A stretch of DNA of 64,000 bases from Bdellovibrionota bacterium (GCA_044356295.1 JBIKWN010000003.1:16655-80654); one strand, 5' to 3'; positions 41,098 to 51,324 are shown, numbered from the stretch's first letter. A program made the numbers and translations. The notes: generated by a model from the letters alone, not told the origin.

Positions 41098-42252
41098 TTA
41101 CGGAATACTTAATTTACCTAATATACTTTCAGAAGTTGCCCCAGTAATACCGGATAAATTAAGGGCATAACTATGTATAAAAAGATAAGCCAAAAACGCA
41201 AAAGCCATTGCTTCTCTGGCAGAATCAGGAACACCAACCTCACTAAAGTTTTTAACTTTTACATGAGGCAATGCCTCTTGAAGCCATTTCATAATAGTTA
41301 AATTCTTAGCTCCACCGCCTGCAACTAAAAGCTCATCTATTGTTACCGGGACAAAGTCTTTAATAGCTCTCGCTATACTCTCTGTTACAAAGCGTGTTGT
41401 TGTTGCGATAAGATTCTCATCAATTTTTCCGTGAAGCGTTTTTAGTTTTTCCACGAAATCATCACCATAATTTTCAAACCCAGCAGATTTTGGTGGTTTT
41501 TTATTTAGGAATGCATCGTCTTTAAGCAATTTTTCAAGTAGTTCTTTATCAACTTTAGACCTGGCAGCAATCTTTCCGTCAGTATCAAAGGGTTCCTTAT
41601 TTTTTGTAAAAATCCTTACAAGCCTATCAAGTGGTGCATTTGCAGGTCCGGTATCAAAACCTTGCGTTGCAACAAGTGAATCACCAAAAATTGTTATATT
41701 AGCTATCCCACCCAAGTTAAGAATTGCTCGTTTTGTATCCTTCGAGCGAAAAAGAAAAAAATCAGTCGCCGGTGTCAACGGGGCTCCTTCTCCGCCGCAG
41801 ATAATATCTTTTGCTCTAAAATCATGAATACAGGGACGATTGGTAAGATGACTTATAACATCACCACATCCAAGTTGTAGTGTTGTTTTTAAAGGGGTCG
41901 TCCCACTGTGATGATAAACCGTTTGCCCGTGCGAACCTGAGATATCAAAAGTGATGCCGCTGTCTTTTTCAGCTTTTAAGAGTGCTTCGGCAAAAGCTTT
42001 TCCTATTTCAAAATTTATTTGTGAAACATCTTCAATTGATAACGTTTTTACCGAACGAATTTTTTTCTGTAGAGCGTCACTGTATTGATAGGTATTAGAA
42101 AATACACATTGAGTCGCCAAAAGCTCTTCAGGTGGGCCCGAAAACTTACAAAGAGCGATATCGATTCCATCGGCACTGGTACCCGAAATTGCCCCTGCTA
42201 CAACAAGAGATTTACGATTCTGAAGGTTTGAGAGCTTTTTTGTCCAATTCAT
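41098..42252 (-). CDS. anmK: Anhydro-N-acetylmuramic acid kinase AnmK
   Basis: GAISGTSADGIDIAL N-terminal motif and an ASKHA-fold pattern (NLGGIANIT, AGGGAKN). The ATG at 42252 is preferred; the ORF-track TTG is at 42279. Confidence 0.88.
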   Translation of the reverse strand: MNWTKKLSNLQNRKSLVVAGAISGTSADGIDIALCKFSGPPEELLATQCVFSNTYQYSDALQKKIRSVKTLSIEDVSQINFEIGKAFAEALLKAEKDSGITFDISGSHGQTVYHHSGTTPLKTTLQLGCGDVISHLTNRPCIHDFRAKDIICGGEGAPLTPATDFFLFRSKDTKRAILNLGGIANITIFGDSLVATQGFDTGPANAPLDRLVRIFTKNKEPFDTDGKIAARSKVDKELLEKLLKDDAFLNKKPPKSAGFENYGDDFVEKLKTLHGKIDENLIATTTRFVTESIARAIKDFVPVTIDELLVAGGGAKNLTIMKWLQEALPHVKVKNFSEVGVPDSAREAMAFAFLAYLFIHSYALNLSGITGATSESILGKLSIP

Positions 42253-42307
42253 GTAGCGCCTATTATGGAAGGAGCTCAAAAAGTGCGCTACCCTTGATGC
42301 GCTTCTT

Positions 42308-42997
42308 ATGAGAGATATTTACAGTTTTAAATGGATTAATGAATACGTCCACTTGGCAAAGACCCTTCCTGAGCGGATCTTTTCTTGCCAAGGCAACTAT
42401 CCCACCAAAGAAGAAGTTGAAAACCTTCAACAGATCTTTTCAGGGAAACCTCTTATCATAGAAATTGGTTCAGGCTCGGGGCAACACCTGCTTGAACATG
42501 CAAAACGAAATCCTTCAATATTTTTCATCGGAATTGAAGTTAGATTTAAAAGAAGTTTTAAACTTGCCGAGAAAGCAACAAAGAGAGGAATTGATAATCT
42601 ATTTGTCATTCGAGGGGAGGCAAATTTAGTTTCACAAGTTTTTAGTGAAAATTCTTTGCATGGTATTTATATTAACTTTCCCGACCCTTGGGCTCGACCA
42701 AAGTGGAGGAAAAACAGACTGACCGCTCCTTCGTATCTTGATCAATACGAAAAACTTCTTGTTGATAATGGATTTTTAAAATTAAAAACAGACCACGAAG
42801 AATTCTTTGAGAGTACTCTGAAACTACTCGCGGCTCATCCTGATTATATAGTTCAAAGATCAGAGCGAGACCTATACCAAACAGACTTAAAAGACCACAA
42901 CATTCCTACCGAGTTCGAACAGTTATTCACTAGTAAAAAGCAGCCAATTTATTTTATTGAAGCAATTCGCAGGGTTCGTTCGACTGTACAAAATTGA
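42308..42997 (+). CDS. trmB: tRNA (guanine-N7)-methyltransferase TrmB
   Basis: 229-aa ORF. IEIGSGSGQHL SAM motif, FIGIEV, FPDPWARPKWRKNRL. Confidence 0.92.
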   Translation: MRDIYSFKWINEYVHLAKTLPERIFSCQGNYPTKEEVENLQQIFSGKPLIIEIGSGSGQHLLEHAKRNPSIFFIGIEVRFKRSFKLAEKATKRGIDNLFVIRGEANLVSQVFSENSLHGIYINFPDPWARPKWRKNRLTAPSYLDQYEKLLVDNGFLKLKTDHEEFFESTLKLLAAHPDYIVQRSERDLYQTDLKDHNIPTEFEQLFTSKKQPIYFIEAIRRVRSTVQN

Positions 42998-43205
42998 ACA
43001 GCATTTTTTATATTTTTTTAGTGATCTCGAGTACGACCCAGTGCTAATTTGATTAAAGCTCCCTTAAACGTTGTAACAAGATTGTAAAGATTGAGGGCAG
43101 GGGCTAATCAGTGCACTACGATTTTGATACCCTACTCATCAGATAAGAAGTTACCCGATTGAACTGGGTGTGGTTTTAATAAAGTTAATTTGTATAAGGG
43201 GCATT

Positions 43206-43397
43206 ATGTCAAAGCAGTGGGATAAAGAGATGGAAAAAATAGACACCACAATTGGAGATCTTGTAGAAGCAATTACTCAGATAGCGCTTGAATCAGGAAA
43301 GAGCGAAGAAGAAGGTTATGAACTAGCCGCTATTGCTATCGAATCAATTTTAAGAAGAAGCCTCAAACACGACCCAATCAACGAAGTGTTAAACTAA
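43206..43397 (+). CDS. Small acidic hypothetical protein (63 aa)
   Basis: ATG at 43206 preceded by AAGGGG. Predicted helical. Followed by a strong terminator. The ORF-track start at 43170 is a non-ATG codon. Confidence 0.45.
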   Translation: MSKQWDKEMEKIDTTIGDLVEAITQIALESGKSEEEGYELAAIAIESILRRSLKHDPINEVLN

Positions 43398-43410
43398 TCG
43401 ATTGTTGCTT

Positions 43411-43460
43411 AAAGACCAGGGCGGTAGACTATTCTCCATCTACTACCTTGGTCTTTTTTT
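43411..43460 (+). terminator. Intrinsic terminator directly abutting the ABC ATPase start codon
   Basis: Stem AAAGACCAGG.. (43411-43421) / ..CCTTGGTCTTT (43446-43456) with an inner GTAGA/TCTAC helix. T7 run at 43454-43460. The ATG of the next gene is at 43466. Confidence 0.8.
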
Positions 43461-43465
43461 ATTGT

Positions 43466-44233
43466 ATGAATACACACTCTGCAGTTTCGATTTCACACCT
43501 CCAAAAAAGTTACGGCTCTTTTAAAGCTGTACAAGATATATCTCTCGAAATAAAACCAGGTGAAGTCTTCGGAGTCCTTGGTGTTAACGGTGCGGGCAAA
43601 ACTACAACACTTCGAATGCTTGCCGGTATTCTAACCCCTACTGCAGGCGATATTTCTATTTTTGGAATTAATTTAAAAGATAATCCAATCGAAGCAAAAA
43701 GAATCTGTGGTTATATACCTGACAGACCGTATCTTTATAATAAATTAACTGGTCGAGAATTTTTATACTTTGTCTCTGATCTGTATCAAGTACCTGTTAA
43801 AAAAGCCGAAGAAAATATAACTCGCCTTCTTTCAGAATATAAACTTACCGAATGGCAGTTTGAATTAATTGAAAGTTTTTCACATGGCATGAAACAGCGT
43901 CTTGCAACCTGTGCGGCCCTGATTCATGAACCTAAGCTTCTTATTGTCGATGAGCCAATGGTAGGACTAGATCCCCACGGTGCAAAATTTCTAAAAGCTG
44001 CTTTTCGCAGATATGCTTCTGAAGGCATGACGGTTCTTCTTTCAACACACTCGTTAAACGTCGCCGAAGAAGTTGCAGACAGATTAGTGATAATCGATAG
44101 AGGAAACATTATTGCGATGGGAACCCTTGCTGAAATTAGAGCACAAACCAGCAGTAATCCTTTAAGCGAAGAATCCTTAGAAAATCTGTTCTTAAGACTT
44201 ACTGGCGAAGACGAGCAAATAAGCGCTGCGTAA
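43466..44233 (+). CDS. ABC transporter ATP-binding protein (ABC-2 exporter type)
   Basis: Walker A GVNGAGKTTT, signature FSHGMKQRL, Walker B LIVDEPMVGLD. The ATG at 43466 (MNTHSAVSISHL) is preferred. The ORF-track TTG at 43448 lies inside the terminator stem. Confidence 0.9.
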   Translation: MNTHSAVSISHLQKSYGSFKAVQDISLEIKPGEVFGVLGVNGAGKTTTLRMLAGILTPTAGDISIFGINLKDNPIEAKRICGYIPDRPYLYNKLTGREFLYFVSDLYQVPVKKAEENITRLLSEYKLTEWQFELIESFSHGMKQRLATCAALIHEPKLLIVDEPMVGLDPHGAKFLKAAFRRYASEGMTVLLSTHSLNVAEEVADRLVIIDRGNIIAMGTLAEIRAQTSSNPLSEESLENLFLRLTGEDEQISAA

Positions 44234-45876
44234 TGCTTATTCGAACGGCTTTTACACTTATTACCCCAAAAATTCTGACTGTTAAGAATAGCATTTTTAA
44301 AAATGGCTCACTCGCTCAACAGTGCTTGATTATTTTTGGCACTCTATTAGTTTTAGCGTGGCTTCCAACTGCTATTTATTTCTCGGTTAGGGATTCTTTA
44401 AATACATTTTCTGGTGGCGCCAATCCTATCGGATTTCTTGAACTGATTGTTACTACTTTTGTTTCAATACTGGCAATCGCTGCGTGTATACATGCACTTC
44501 AGATTTTTTTTGTTTCTCGTGAAAATGAATTATTTCTATTAGCTCCACTATCAAAAGCTGAATTCTTTTTAGGACGGTATATTGAAAACTGTTTTGCAGC
44601 TTCATGGATTCTTTTTCTACTTTTTATGCCTATGTTGTACGGGTATGCGACTCATATAAAAGCTGATTGGAATTTTTACATACTCGCGACATTTTATTTT
44701 ATTCTTTTAGCTTTGATTGAATCTGCACTTTCAATTGCTGTCGTTATCATTCTTGCAAAAATTTACCCCGCTCGAAGACTGAAAGAACTTTTTATTATTA
44801 TAGCTCTCGTTTTTATTATCTTTCTTCATTTTTATTCAAAAAGTACTGAGTTTGTATTTCCCAAAATACATAACGGAAACGTTGAACAATTCGAGGAAAC
44901 TCTTAAACATTGGCATCAGCAAATATCACTACGCTCGAAACAGCTTTTCTCGCTCCCTCTTTTGGAACTAGAAAAAAATAATACTTCAAATACTATCTCG
45001 TTATTTTGCGCACTGAGTGCTTTATTGGGGCTCAGTTTTGCAGCAAGTTTTCGTGTATTTACCGATTTCTACGAGCTCTCAAGCTCTCTTGAAAGATGGC
45101 AACAAACTAAAAAACCAAAGAAAAGATTCTGGCTTCAAAAGCCTCGGTCTTTATTTCTTGGGTTTTTTCAGAAAGATATTCATCTTTTTTTGCGAGATCT
45201 GGCTCAGCCTGTTCAATTAATACTTTTTATTGCCATTGCTGGCGTAACACTGCTTTCATTTCGTCAAAGTACACTACTAAAAGGTGCACTTGGGGGTGAT
45301 GAACTTATTTTTTACGATATTATTTTTGCAGTAGGAATTCTGAGCCATGTGCTTTTAACAGTTCTTTTTGCAGGAAGATTTATTTTTCCGGCACTTGCAT
45401 TCGAAGAAGAATCTCGTTGGCTCATTCAAGGGGCTCCTCTAACAGGAATGCAATTTGTTAAAGCTAAATATCAAAGTCAAAGTATCTTAACACTCGTTGT
45501 TTTAGTACCACTCTATATAGTTATTGCATTTCTTTCAGACCTGACCATTGAAAGAATCCTTACAGGGACAATGTTAAGTATTTTGAGCATCCTCGGAATT
45601 GATGCTATTGCAGTCGGCAGTGGTGGACTTTTAGCAAGGATTTTTCATAATAATCTTGCAAATATGACAAGTACACTTGGAAGTTTTGTCTTTATGACGG
45701 TAAGTCTTTTGGTGATACCGCTCTGTCTTGTCTTTTCAATAAGTCTTGCTTCATTCTATTCACTACTACTGTCTGAATCACTCTCTTTTAATGGGCTAGT
45801 TTGTTGCATCGTGTACGCAACCTTGATTCGACTTGTTGGCGGCTTCTTTTTAAGGAAAGCAGCACGTTTATGGTAG
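44233..45876 (+). CDS. Large polytopic membrane protein, putative ABC exporter permease
   Basis: 547-aa ORF. Many hydrophobic segments in two blocks separated by a basic cytoplasmic loop. Its start overlaps the ATPase stop (TAATG). Confidence 0.7.
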   Translation: MLIRTAFTLITPKILTVKNSIFKNGSLAQQCLIIFGTLLVLAWLPTAIYFSVRDSLNTFSGGANPIGFLELIVTTFVSILAIAACIHALQIFFVSRENELFLLAPLSKAEFFLGRYIENCFAASWILFLLFMPMLYGYATHIKADWNFYILATFYFILLALIESALSIAVVIILAKIYPARRLKELFIIIALVFIIFLHFYSKSTEFVFPKIHNGNVEQFEETLKHWHQQISLRSKQLFSLPLLELEKNNTSNTISLFCALSALLGLSFAASFRVFTDFYELSSSLERWQQTKKPKKRFWLQKPRSLFLGFFQKDIHLFLRDLAQPVQLILFIAIAGVTLLSFRQSTLLKGALGGDELIFYDIIFAVGILSHVLLTVLFAGRFIFPALAFEEESRWLIQGAPLTGMQFVKAKYQSQSILTLVVLVPLYIVIAFLSDLTIERILTGTMLSILSILGIDAIAVGSGGLLARIFHNNLANMTSTLGSFVFMTVSLLVIPLCLVFSISLASFYSLLLSESLSFNGLVCCIVYATLIRLVGGFFLRKAARLW

Positions 45877-46620
45877 GAAAAATTGCTCTACGGTAAATGT
45901 TGGCTGTAACTTTCTTTGTTGAATCGTCAGATCTACAGTCGAAGTAAACCTTGGTATTTCTAGATGGATTCGTTTAGGAAGTTTTGACTCATCGTATTCT
46001 GTAAACTGAGCACTAAGTCGTACGGAAGAATCCTCAAGGAATATCATATTTTCTAATAGCTGGCTGGCAAGATTTACTTCAGCAAACAATACGGGATCTT
46101 CTTCTGTCAAAGAGCGATAAGCGTAAATTCGTATTTTGTCTTGTAATAAATAAAACTGATAAAAAAGTGCTTCGCGAGGTAATACGCCAAATAAAACTGA
46201 GCTCAGTTCCTCTTGACTCAGCGAGAGTCCAAACAGATCTTCTAGTGTCGATGATGATAAGGGTTTAGATTCCTGCGAAGTGTTTGCTGAGTCAGTAAAC
46301 AAATATTTTTCACCATCAGTAACAAATAAAGCTAATGTGAAAAAACTTGTTGTGGGAAATACCTCAACTCGAAATTTCTTATTATCTCTAAGGATTGCAT
46401 AGCGAAGCGTTTGCTTCTCGGCATCCGCCTGAATCGTAGCATGAACAAGTGTTTTATAAGATTGATTCTCTTTTTGAAAAAGATTTGGCATAAGCTTTTC
46501 TGCATCGGCTTCAGAAAGAGGCGCGCCATCTGGCTTAGGTACTTTAAAAGAAGATACTGCACATCCTGATAAAAATAAAAGAACGATACAAATCGTTACT
46601 TTCAAATAATTTTTAATCAT
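45868..46620 (-). CDS. Lipoprotein, LolB/DUF4292-like (tentative)
   Basis: 250-aa ORF. Lipobox LFLSGC. Beta-rich sequence. Overlaps the stop of the upstream TPR lipoprotein gene. Confidence 0.5.
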   Translation of the reverse strand: MIKNYLKVTICIVLLFLSGCAVSSFKVPKPDGAPLSEADAEKLMPNLFQKENQSYKTLVHATIQADAEKQTLRYAILRDNKKFRVEVFPTTSFFTLALFVTDGEKYLFTDSANTSQESKPLSSSTLEDLFGLSLSQEELSSVLFGVLPREALFYQFYLLQDKIRIYAYRSLTEEDPVLFAEVNLASQLLENMIFLEDSSVRLSAQFTEYDESKLPKRIHLEIPRFTSTVDLTIQQRKLQPTFTVEQFFLP

Positions 46621-48358
46621 TGAGTTCCTGGCACCTATTCTTTGCCAAAGCAGATTCTGAGTCTTTTGATTCTAGTTGAATTGCTTTCTTACAGTACTCG
46701 ATTGCAGCAGGACGATTTTCGAGTGCGATCATTATCTGAGCTGCATGCTCTAAAATAACAATATCTTCAGGAGTATATTTTAACGCTTTTAAAATATTTT
46801 CTTTTGCTGACTTGTAATCTAAAAGCTTAAAATCAATCCAGGCTATAGTATCAAGAACATAGCCATCTTTTGTTTTAATCTTTAGAGCTGCATTTGCATG
46901 CTCCTTTGCTTCTAGTAGAACGACTGGATCTGATGAAGACTGACAAAGTTCATATGCAAGAAAATTAAGGGCGTCAGCATTGGAGCTGTTTAAAGTAATT
47001 GCCTGTCTTAAAACCTCAATTGCGGTTTGATGATCATTTAAGTCATGGAGAAGCACCGCATAATCAAAGAGAAGTCTATCGTTCGGTTCTTGCTTCTGAA
47101 ACAGCTCTTCCAGAACTACTCTTGCTTCCTGTTTTTGGTTATTTTCACGGTAAAGAGACGCTACATAGAGTTCCAACTGGGGATTAAAACCTTTCTCATT
47201 TCGTAGCTCATTAATAACTTCAATTGCTTTATCTAGTTTTTGAGAATTTCTGTAAGAAGTAGCTATAAAAACCTGGGCTTTCTCGTATTGAGGTTGATCA
47301 GGTTGAATTCTCTCAACGACTGTAATTGCTTGATCAAGCTTTCCCATCGCTTGGTATGCACTTGCAAGTGTCAGGATCACCTCTGCATCATCAGGATACT
47401 TGGAAAGAACAAGGTTTAGCTTTTCAATGGCACCAGAATAGTTTTTCTTGGAAAGCTCAATAAGTGCTGATCCAATTTGTGCCTGGGTAGGATCTGAATC
47501 AGTATTTTCTACGATTGAGAGTTGATTGAGAGCATCATCAAGTCGATTCTCACCCACCAGAAGTTGCGCAAGGACTCTTCGTGCTAACGAATTATCAGGA
47601 GTTTTTTTAATAATTTTCTCGCAAAGATTTTTTGCTTCACTGAATTTTTTTTGTTTTAAAAGTATACGCACTAATTCAAGACCAACCTCTGCTGATTCTT
47701 TACTCATTTGAAAGGCAGTCAACGCCTTCTGAGAGGCCTTAATTAAATTTCCTTGTTCTTCAAACGCACGGGCACTAAAAAGATACAGTGGTATCGCATC
47801 AGGACTCTTCTTGATTGCTTCATCAAGTAAATCATTTCCTTTTTTGAAATTTTTCTCTTTAAATTCTATCGCTGCCTGCATTAAAAGTGGCTCAATCGCT
47901 TCTTTGTTCGCAAGAGAAGCTTTTTCGTAATAATTTTTCGCTTCTGATGAACGATTTAATGCTTCAAGGATACCTGCATGGAGTGTTAATACATCTCCAT
48001 CTTCAGGAGATTCTAAAACTGCTTTACTACTTTGCTTTAATGCTTTTTCTAAATTTCCAGAGCGAAGCTCTAACGTAGCCAACCTCTTAGAAATTTCCGA
48101 GGATGGAGTCGATGCTAGTTCATTTGCCCGATTTAAATTTTCGATGGCTTTAGGAAGATTGTCTTTTTTACTTTCAAGCTCTCCGATAATAAAGCTATGA
48201 AAACTTTGAGAGCTTCTCTGTACTTCGGTATCCAAGGATCGGCGGTTTTGCGTCAAATCCACGATTTCAGGAATTACGCCTTTATTCTTTCCAGAACAAC
48301 CCAAGAGACAAACAATAAAAGTAAGATATATTCGAAAATAGTTGATTTCTTTCAACAT
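46613..48358 (-). CDS. Tetratricopeptide-repeat (TPR) lipoprotein
   Basis: 581-aa ORF. Lipobox LLGCSG. Repeated 34-residue A/L/Y/N-rich TPR-like units along the whole length. Confidence 0.8.
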   Translation of the reverse strand: MLKEINYFRIYLTFIVCLLGCSGKNKGVIPEIVDLTQNRRSLDTEVQRSSQSFHSFIIGELESKKDNLPKAIENLNRANELASTPSSEISKRLATLELRSGNLEKALKQSSKAVLESPEDGDVLTLHAGILEALNRSSEAKNYYEKASLANKEAIEPLLMQAAIEFKEKNFKKGNDLLDEAIKKSPDAIPLYLFSARAFEEQGNLIKASQKALTAFQMSKESAEVGLELVRILLKQKKFSEAKNLCEKIIKKTPDNSLARRVLAQLLVGENRLDDALNQLSIVENTDSDPTQAQIGSALIELSKKNYSGAIEKLNLVLSKYPDDAEVILTLASAYQAMGKLDQAITVVERIQPDQPQYEKAQVFIATSYRNSQKLDKAIEVINELRNEKGFNPQLELYVASLYRENNQKQEARVVLEELFQKQEPNDRLLFDYAVLLHDLNDHQTAIEVLRQAITLNSSNADALNFLAYELCQSSSDPVVLLEAKEHANAALKIKTKDGYVLDTIAWIDFKLLDYKSAKENILKALKYTPEDIVILEHAAQIMIALENRPAAIEYCKKAIQLESKDSESALAKNRCQELND

Positions 48359-48462
48359 AAGTCGCCTAGTTTACCCTTTTCTAGGATTCGAATATACCTA
48401 AAATATCTGTTATACTCGATATGGATTTTTTAAGTATTTTCTCTAAATAAGGATAATTCACA

Positions 48463-49344
48463 ATGAACAGTAAAGTTGGGGATCTTAAAGTTGGACTCTC
48501 TGAGATGCTTTGTAACGGTGTCATTATGGATGTCGTAAACGTCGAGCAAGCTAAAGTTGCTGAAGATTCCGGTGCAATCGCTGTAATGGCACTTGAAAGA
48601 GTTCCTTTTGATATTCGTCGAGACGGCGGAGTCGCTCGAATGAGTGATCCCCAAATGATTGAAGGAATTAAAGCGTCCGTCAGTATTCCAGTGATGGCAA
48701 AGGTTCGTATCGGCCACCTTGCTGAAGCGCAAATCCTAGAAGAGATTGGTATTGATTTTATCGATGAATCAGAAGTTCTTACTCCGGCTGATCCAACTCA
48801 CCATATCAATAAATTTGATTTTAAAACTCCCTTCGTATGTGGTGCATGTAATCTTGGTGAAGCTCTTCGACGTGTTGCTGAGGGGGCTGCTCTTATTAGA
48901 ACCAAAGGTGAACCAGGTACGGGAAATGTGATTGAAGCCGTTAGACACATGAAACAAATTACTCATGAAATAAATGCTCTCTCTCAGATGTCAGAAGCAG
49001 AACTTCAAGAAAAAGCTCGTGAATTTAGAGTCACCCTTGATTTAGTTAATTGGGTAAAAGCGAATAAAAAAATTCCAGTTCCTAATTTTGCAGCTGGTGG
49101 AATTGCAACTCCTGCAGATGCTGCTCTTCTTCGCCAACTTGGTGCTGAAACTGTTTTTGTTGGTTCTGGAATTTTTAAATCTGAGAATCCTGCACGACTT
49201 GCAAAAGCAATTGTTGAAGCCACCTGTAATTACAACGATCCTAAAAAACTTCTCGAAGTTTCAAGAGGGCTCGGAAAAGCAATGTTTGGTCTTGAAATGA
49301 GAACAATTCCAGAAGATCAAAAACTTGCAAATCGCGGTTGGTAA
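48463..49344 (+). CDS. pdxS: Pyridoxal 5'-phosphate synthase lyase subunit PdxS
   Basis: 293-aa [39 protein letters not shown] and [14 protein letters not shown] blocks. Confidence 0.97.
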   Translation: MNSKVGDLKVGLSEMLCNGVIMDVVNVEQAKVAEDSGAIAVMALERVPFDIRRDGGVARMSDPQMIEGIKASVSIPVMAKVRIGHLAEAQILEEIGIDFIDESEVLTPADPTHHINKFDFKTPFVCGACNLGEALRRVAEGAALIRTKGEPGTGNVIEAVRHMKQITHEINALSQMSEAELQEKAREFRVTLDLVNWVKANKKIPVPNFAAGGIATPADAALLRQLGAETVFVGSGIFKSENPARLAKAIVEATCNYNDPKKLLEVSRGLGKAMFGLEMRTIPEDQKLANRGW

Positions 49345-49357
49345 TCTAAGGAATACA

Positions 49358-49927
49358 ATGAAGGTCGGTGTCCTAGCACTTCAGGGAGCTATTACTCCTC
49401 ACATTCAAAAAATTACGGCTCTGGGGCACGAAGCAATACGTGTTACTAATCAAGAGCTACTGCAAAAATGTGATGCACTAATCCTTCCAGGAGGAGAAAG
49501 CTCAACGATGCTAAAGCTTATTGATTCAAATAAGCTTTTTGAACCACTAAAAATTTTCTTTGAGACAAAACCTGTGTGGGGAACCTGCGCTGGTGCGATT
49601 CTTCTTGCCTCTGAGGTTACTCATCCAGTTCAGAAATGTTTTGCAGCTATTGATATTAAAGCTGAAAGAAATGCATATGGTTCGCAGCTTGATTCGTTTA
49701 GCACCGATATTATATTCCCTCCCCTCAATAAGAATATTTCAGTGGATTTTATTCGGGCTCCAAAAATTACACCTCTCAATAGTGAGGTTGAAGTTATTTC
49801 GGAATTGAGCGGCTATCCAGTCTGTTGCAAACAGAAAAATATTCTCGTTACAACATTTCATACTGAGCTTGGTGCGTCAGATGATTTTCATCGATGGTTA
49901 ATTAATAGCTACTTCCAGAGCTTTTGA
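49358..49927 (+). CDS. pdxT: Pyridoxal 5'-phosphate synthase glutaminase subunit PdxT
   Basis: MKVGVLALQGA N-terminus, LPGGESST, nucleophile GTCAG, FHTE. The ATG at 49358 is preferred over the ORF-track start at 49325. Confidence 0.92.
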   Translation: MKVGVLALQGAITPHIQKITALGHEAIRVTNQELLQKCDALILPGGESSTMLKLIDSNKLFEPLKIFFETKPVWGTCAGAILLASEVTHPVQKCFAAIDIKAERNAYGSQLDSFSTDIIFPPLNKNISVDFIRAPKITPLNSEVEVISELSGYPVCCKQKNILVTTFHTELGASDDFHRWLINSYFQSF

Positions 49928-51324
49928 TAATCTGCGCTTTTTGAAAAAGGCGGACATTCTGGCGCATGTACCTTAACAAGTCTTGGAGCATCAAAATCAA
50001 CACCAAGAAGAAGCATCTCACCGGACCTAAGTTGCGGCACGAGTCCTATCATATCGCGACTCATCGCTCCTGCGGCCTTCTCAACAATTTCGATATCATA
50101 ATGATTTATCAATCGGTGAACTAAAACTGATCCCATTTGGCTAAGGATATCTTCCGGAATATCCCGAGGACGCTGAGTTGCAAGACATAAACTTAGTCCG
50201 TATTTCCTTCCTTCTTTCGCGATAAGACCAAAAGAGTTTATAGAAGCACCTTCTTTAAGCTGCTCTTCAAATTTCTGATTTAAAAATTGGTGCGCTTCGT
50301 CTACAAAAACTACTACTGGCAGATGACGAAATACTTCTTCACGGGCTAATTCTAAAAGATGTCTGGCTAAAGCATTTGCAAGAATCTCTCGAGCACTATA
50401 ATCGAAAGGAACATACTTTAAAGAAACTCTAAGGATTCTCGACACTGGATCCTTTAAGAAAGTGTGAATTTCATCAAATAACGAAGGAAGCTCTTCAGTT
50501 TGAAAGATACATGCAAGTTGAGGAAGTGAAATAATATCAGAGATTCTACTTACCAATGAATTGCACTGAGCTAATTCAAGAGGATTAACACCACCCCAAA
50601 TAAGTGGCTCTACTGCACTCCTAAATGGATCAACACACTCATGTTGTACTTGTCGAACTAGATCGCTAATTTCAAAAAGAGCATAAGGACTTTCGAGCTC
50701 ACTGTTATAAATCGAGCACTGCTCTTCATATTCAGTTTTTAACCGATGCGCCTTCATGATGGTTCCATCAACTGTAAGTTGAGGAGCAAGGCGAGCAAGC
50801 TTTAAACTTTTCATTGCTGCACGAAGTTTTGGTCCTTGACTTGATCCAGATGGTTGAAAGATCGTTACAAGGTCGCTTTCACGAAGATGGAAATAAGGAA
50901 CGCTTACTGCCATCGATCCTTCGGCAGGCTCAGGATCGTTTCCAACGTATACATGTCTGACTCCGTGGGATAAGGTGAAAAATTCACCTGTTGCATCTAG
51001 TAGAATTACTTTTGATCTTACTTTTGCACACTCTTCGAGCATCCTTGCGACTGTCCAACTTTTTCCTCCTCCAGTTGCTCCAATCACAGCGCAGTGTCTT
51101 CCGAAAAGTTGTTCAGGTGACGCGTCTATTGGAATAGATGGATCACTCTTTAATGTTCCAATTGAAAAAGTCATTGCTGGTTTTGGCGTAGCAGGTTTAG
51201 GAACCTCTTGTTGAGGTTTTGTTGATACCGGATGAGAAGTAACACCCCCTGCTCGAATTACAGTAGCGGCGGCTTTGGGTTTAATTCCGTGAAATCCGTA
51301 TTGGGGTTTTGTTTCATCATTCAT
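49909..51324 (-). CDS. HerA/FtsK-clade P-loop ATPase (DUF87-like)
   Basis: 471-aa ORF. Walker A GATGGGKSWTV, Walker B VVFVDEAHQF, ATQRPRDI..LSQ...VHRL block typical of HerA-like ATPases. Pro/Lys-rich, probably disordered N-terminal ~60 aa in place of a recognisable HAS barrel. Confidence 0.75.
   Translation of the reverse strand: MNDETKPQYGFHGIKPKAAATVIRAGGVTSHPVSTKPQQEVPKPATPKPAMTFSIGTLKSDPSIPIDASPEQLFGRHCAVIGATGGGKSWTVARMLEECAKVRSKVILLDATGEFFTLSHGVRHVYVGNDPEPAEGSMAVSVPYFHLRESDLVTIFQPSGSSQGPKLRAAMKSLKLARLAPQLTVDGTIMKAHRLKTEYEEQCSIYNSELESPYALFEISDLVRQVQHECVDPFRSAVEPLIWGGVNPLELAQCNSLVSRISDIISLPQLACIFQTEELPSLFDEIHTFLKDPVSRILRVSLKYVPFDYSAREILANALARHLLELAREEVFRHLPVVVFVDEAHQFLNQKFEEQLKEGASINSFGLIAKEGRKYGLSLCLATQRPRDIPEDILSQMGSVLVHRLINHYDIEIVEKAAGAMSRDMIGLVPQLRSGEMLLLGVDFDAPRLVKVHAPECPPFSKSADYQKLWK

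Noticed and set aside
43448-43465. TTG start proposed by the ORF track for the ABC ATPase (MVFFYC...).
   Set aside because: This start lies inside the right arm and T-run of the terminator hairpin. The ATG at 43466 gives an N-terminus (MNTHSAVSISHLQKSYG) of typical length before the Walker A motif.
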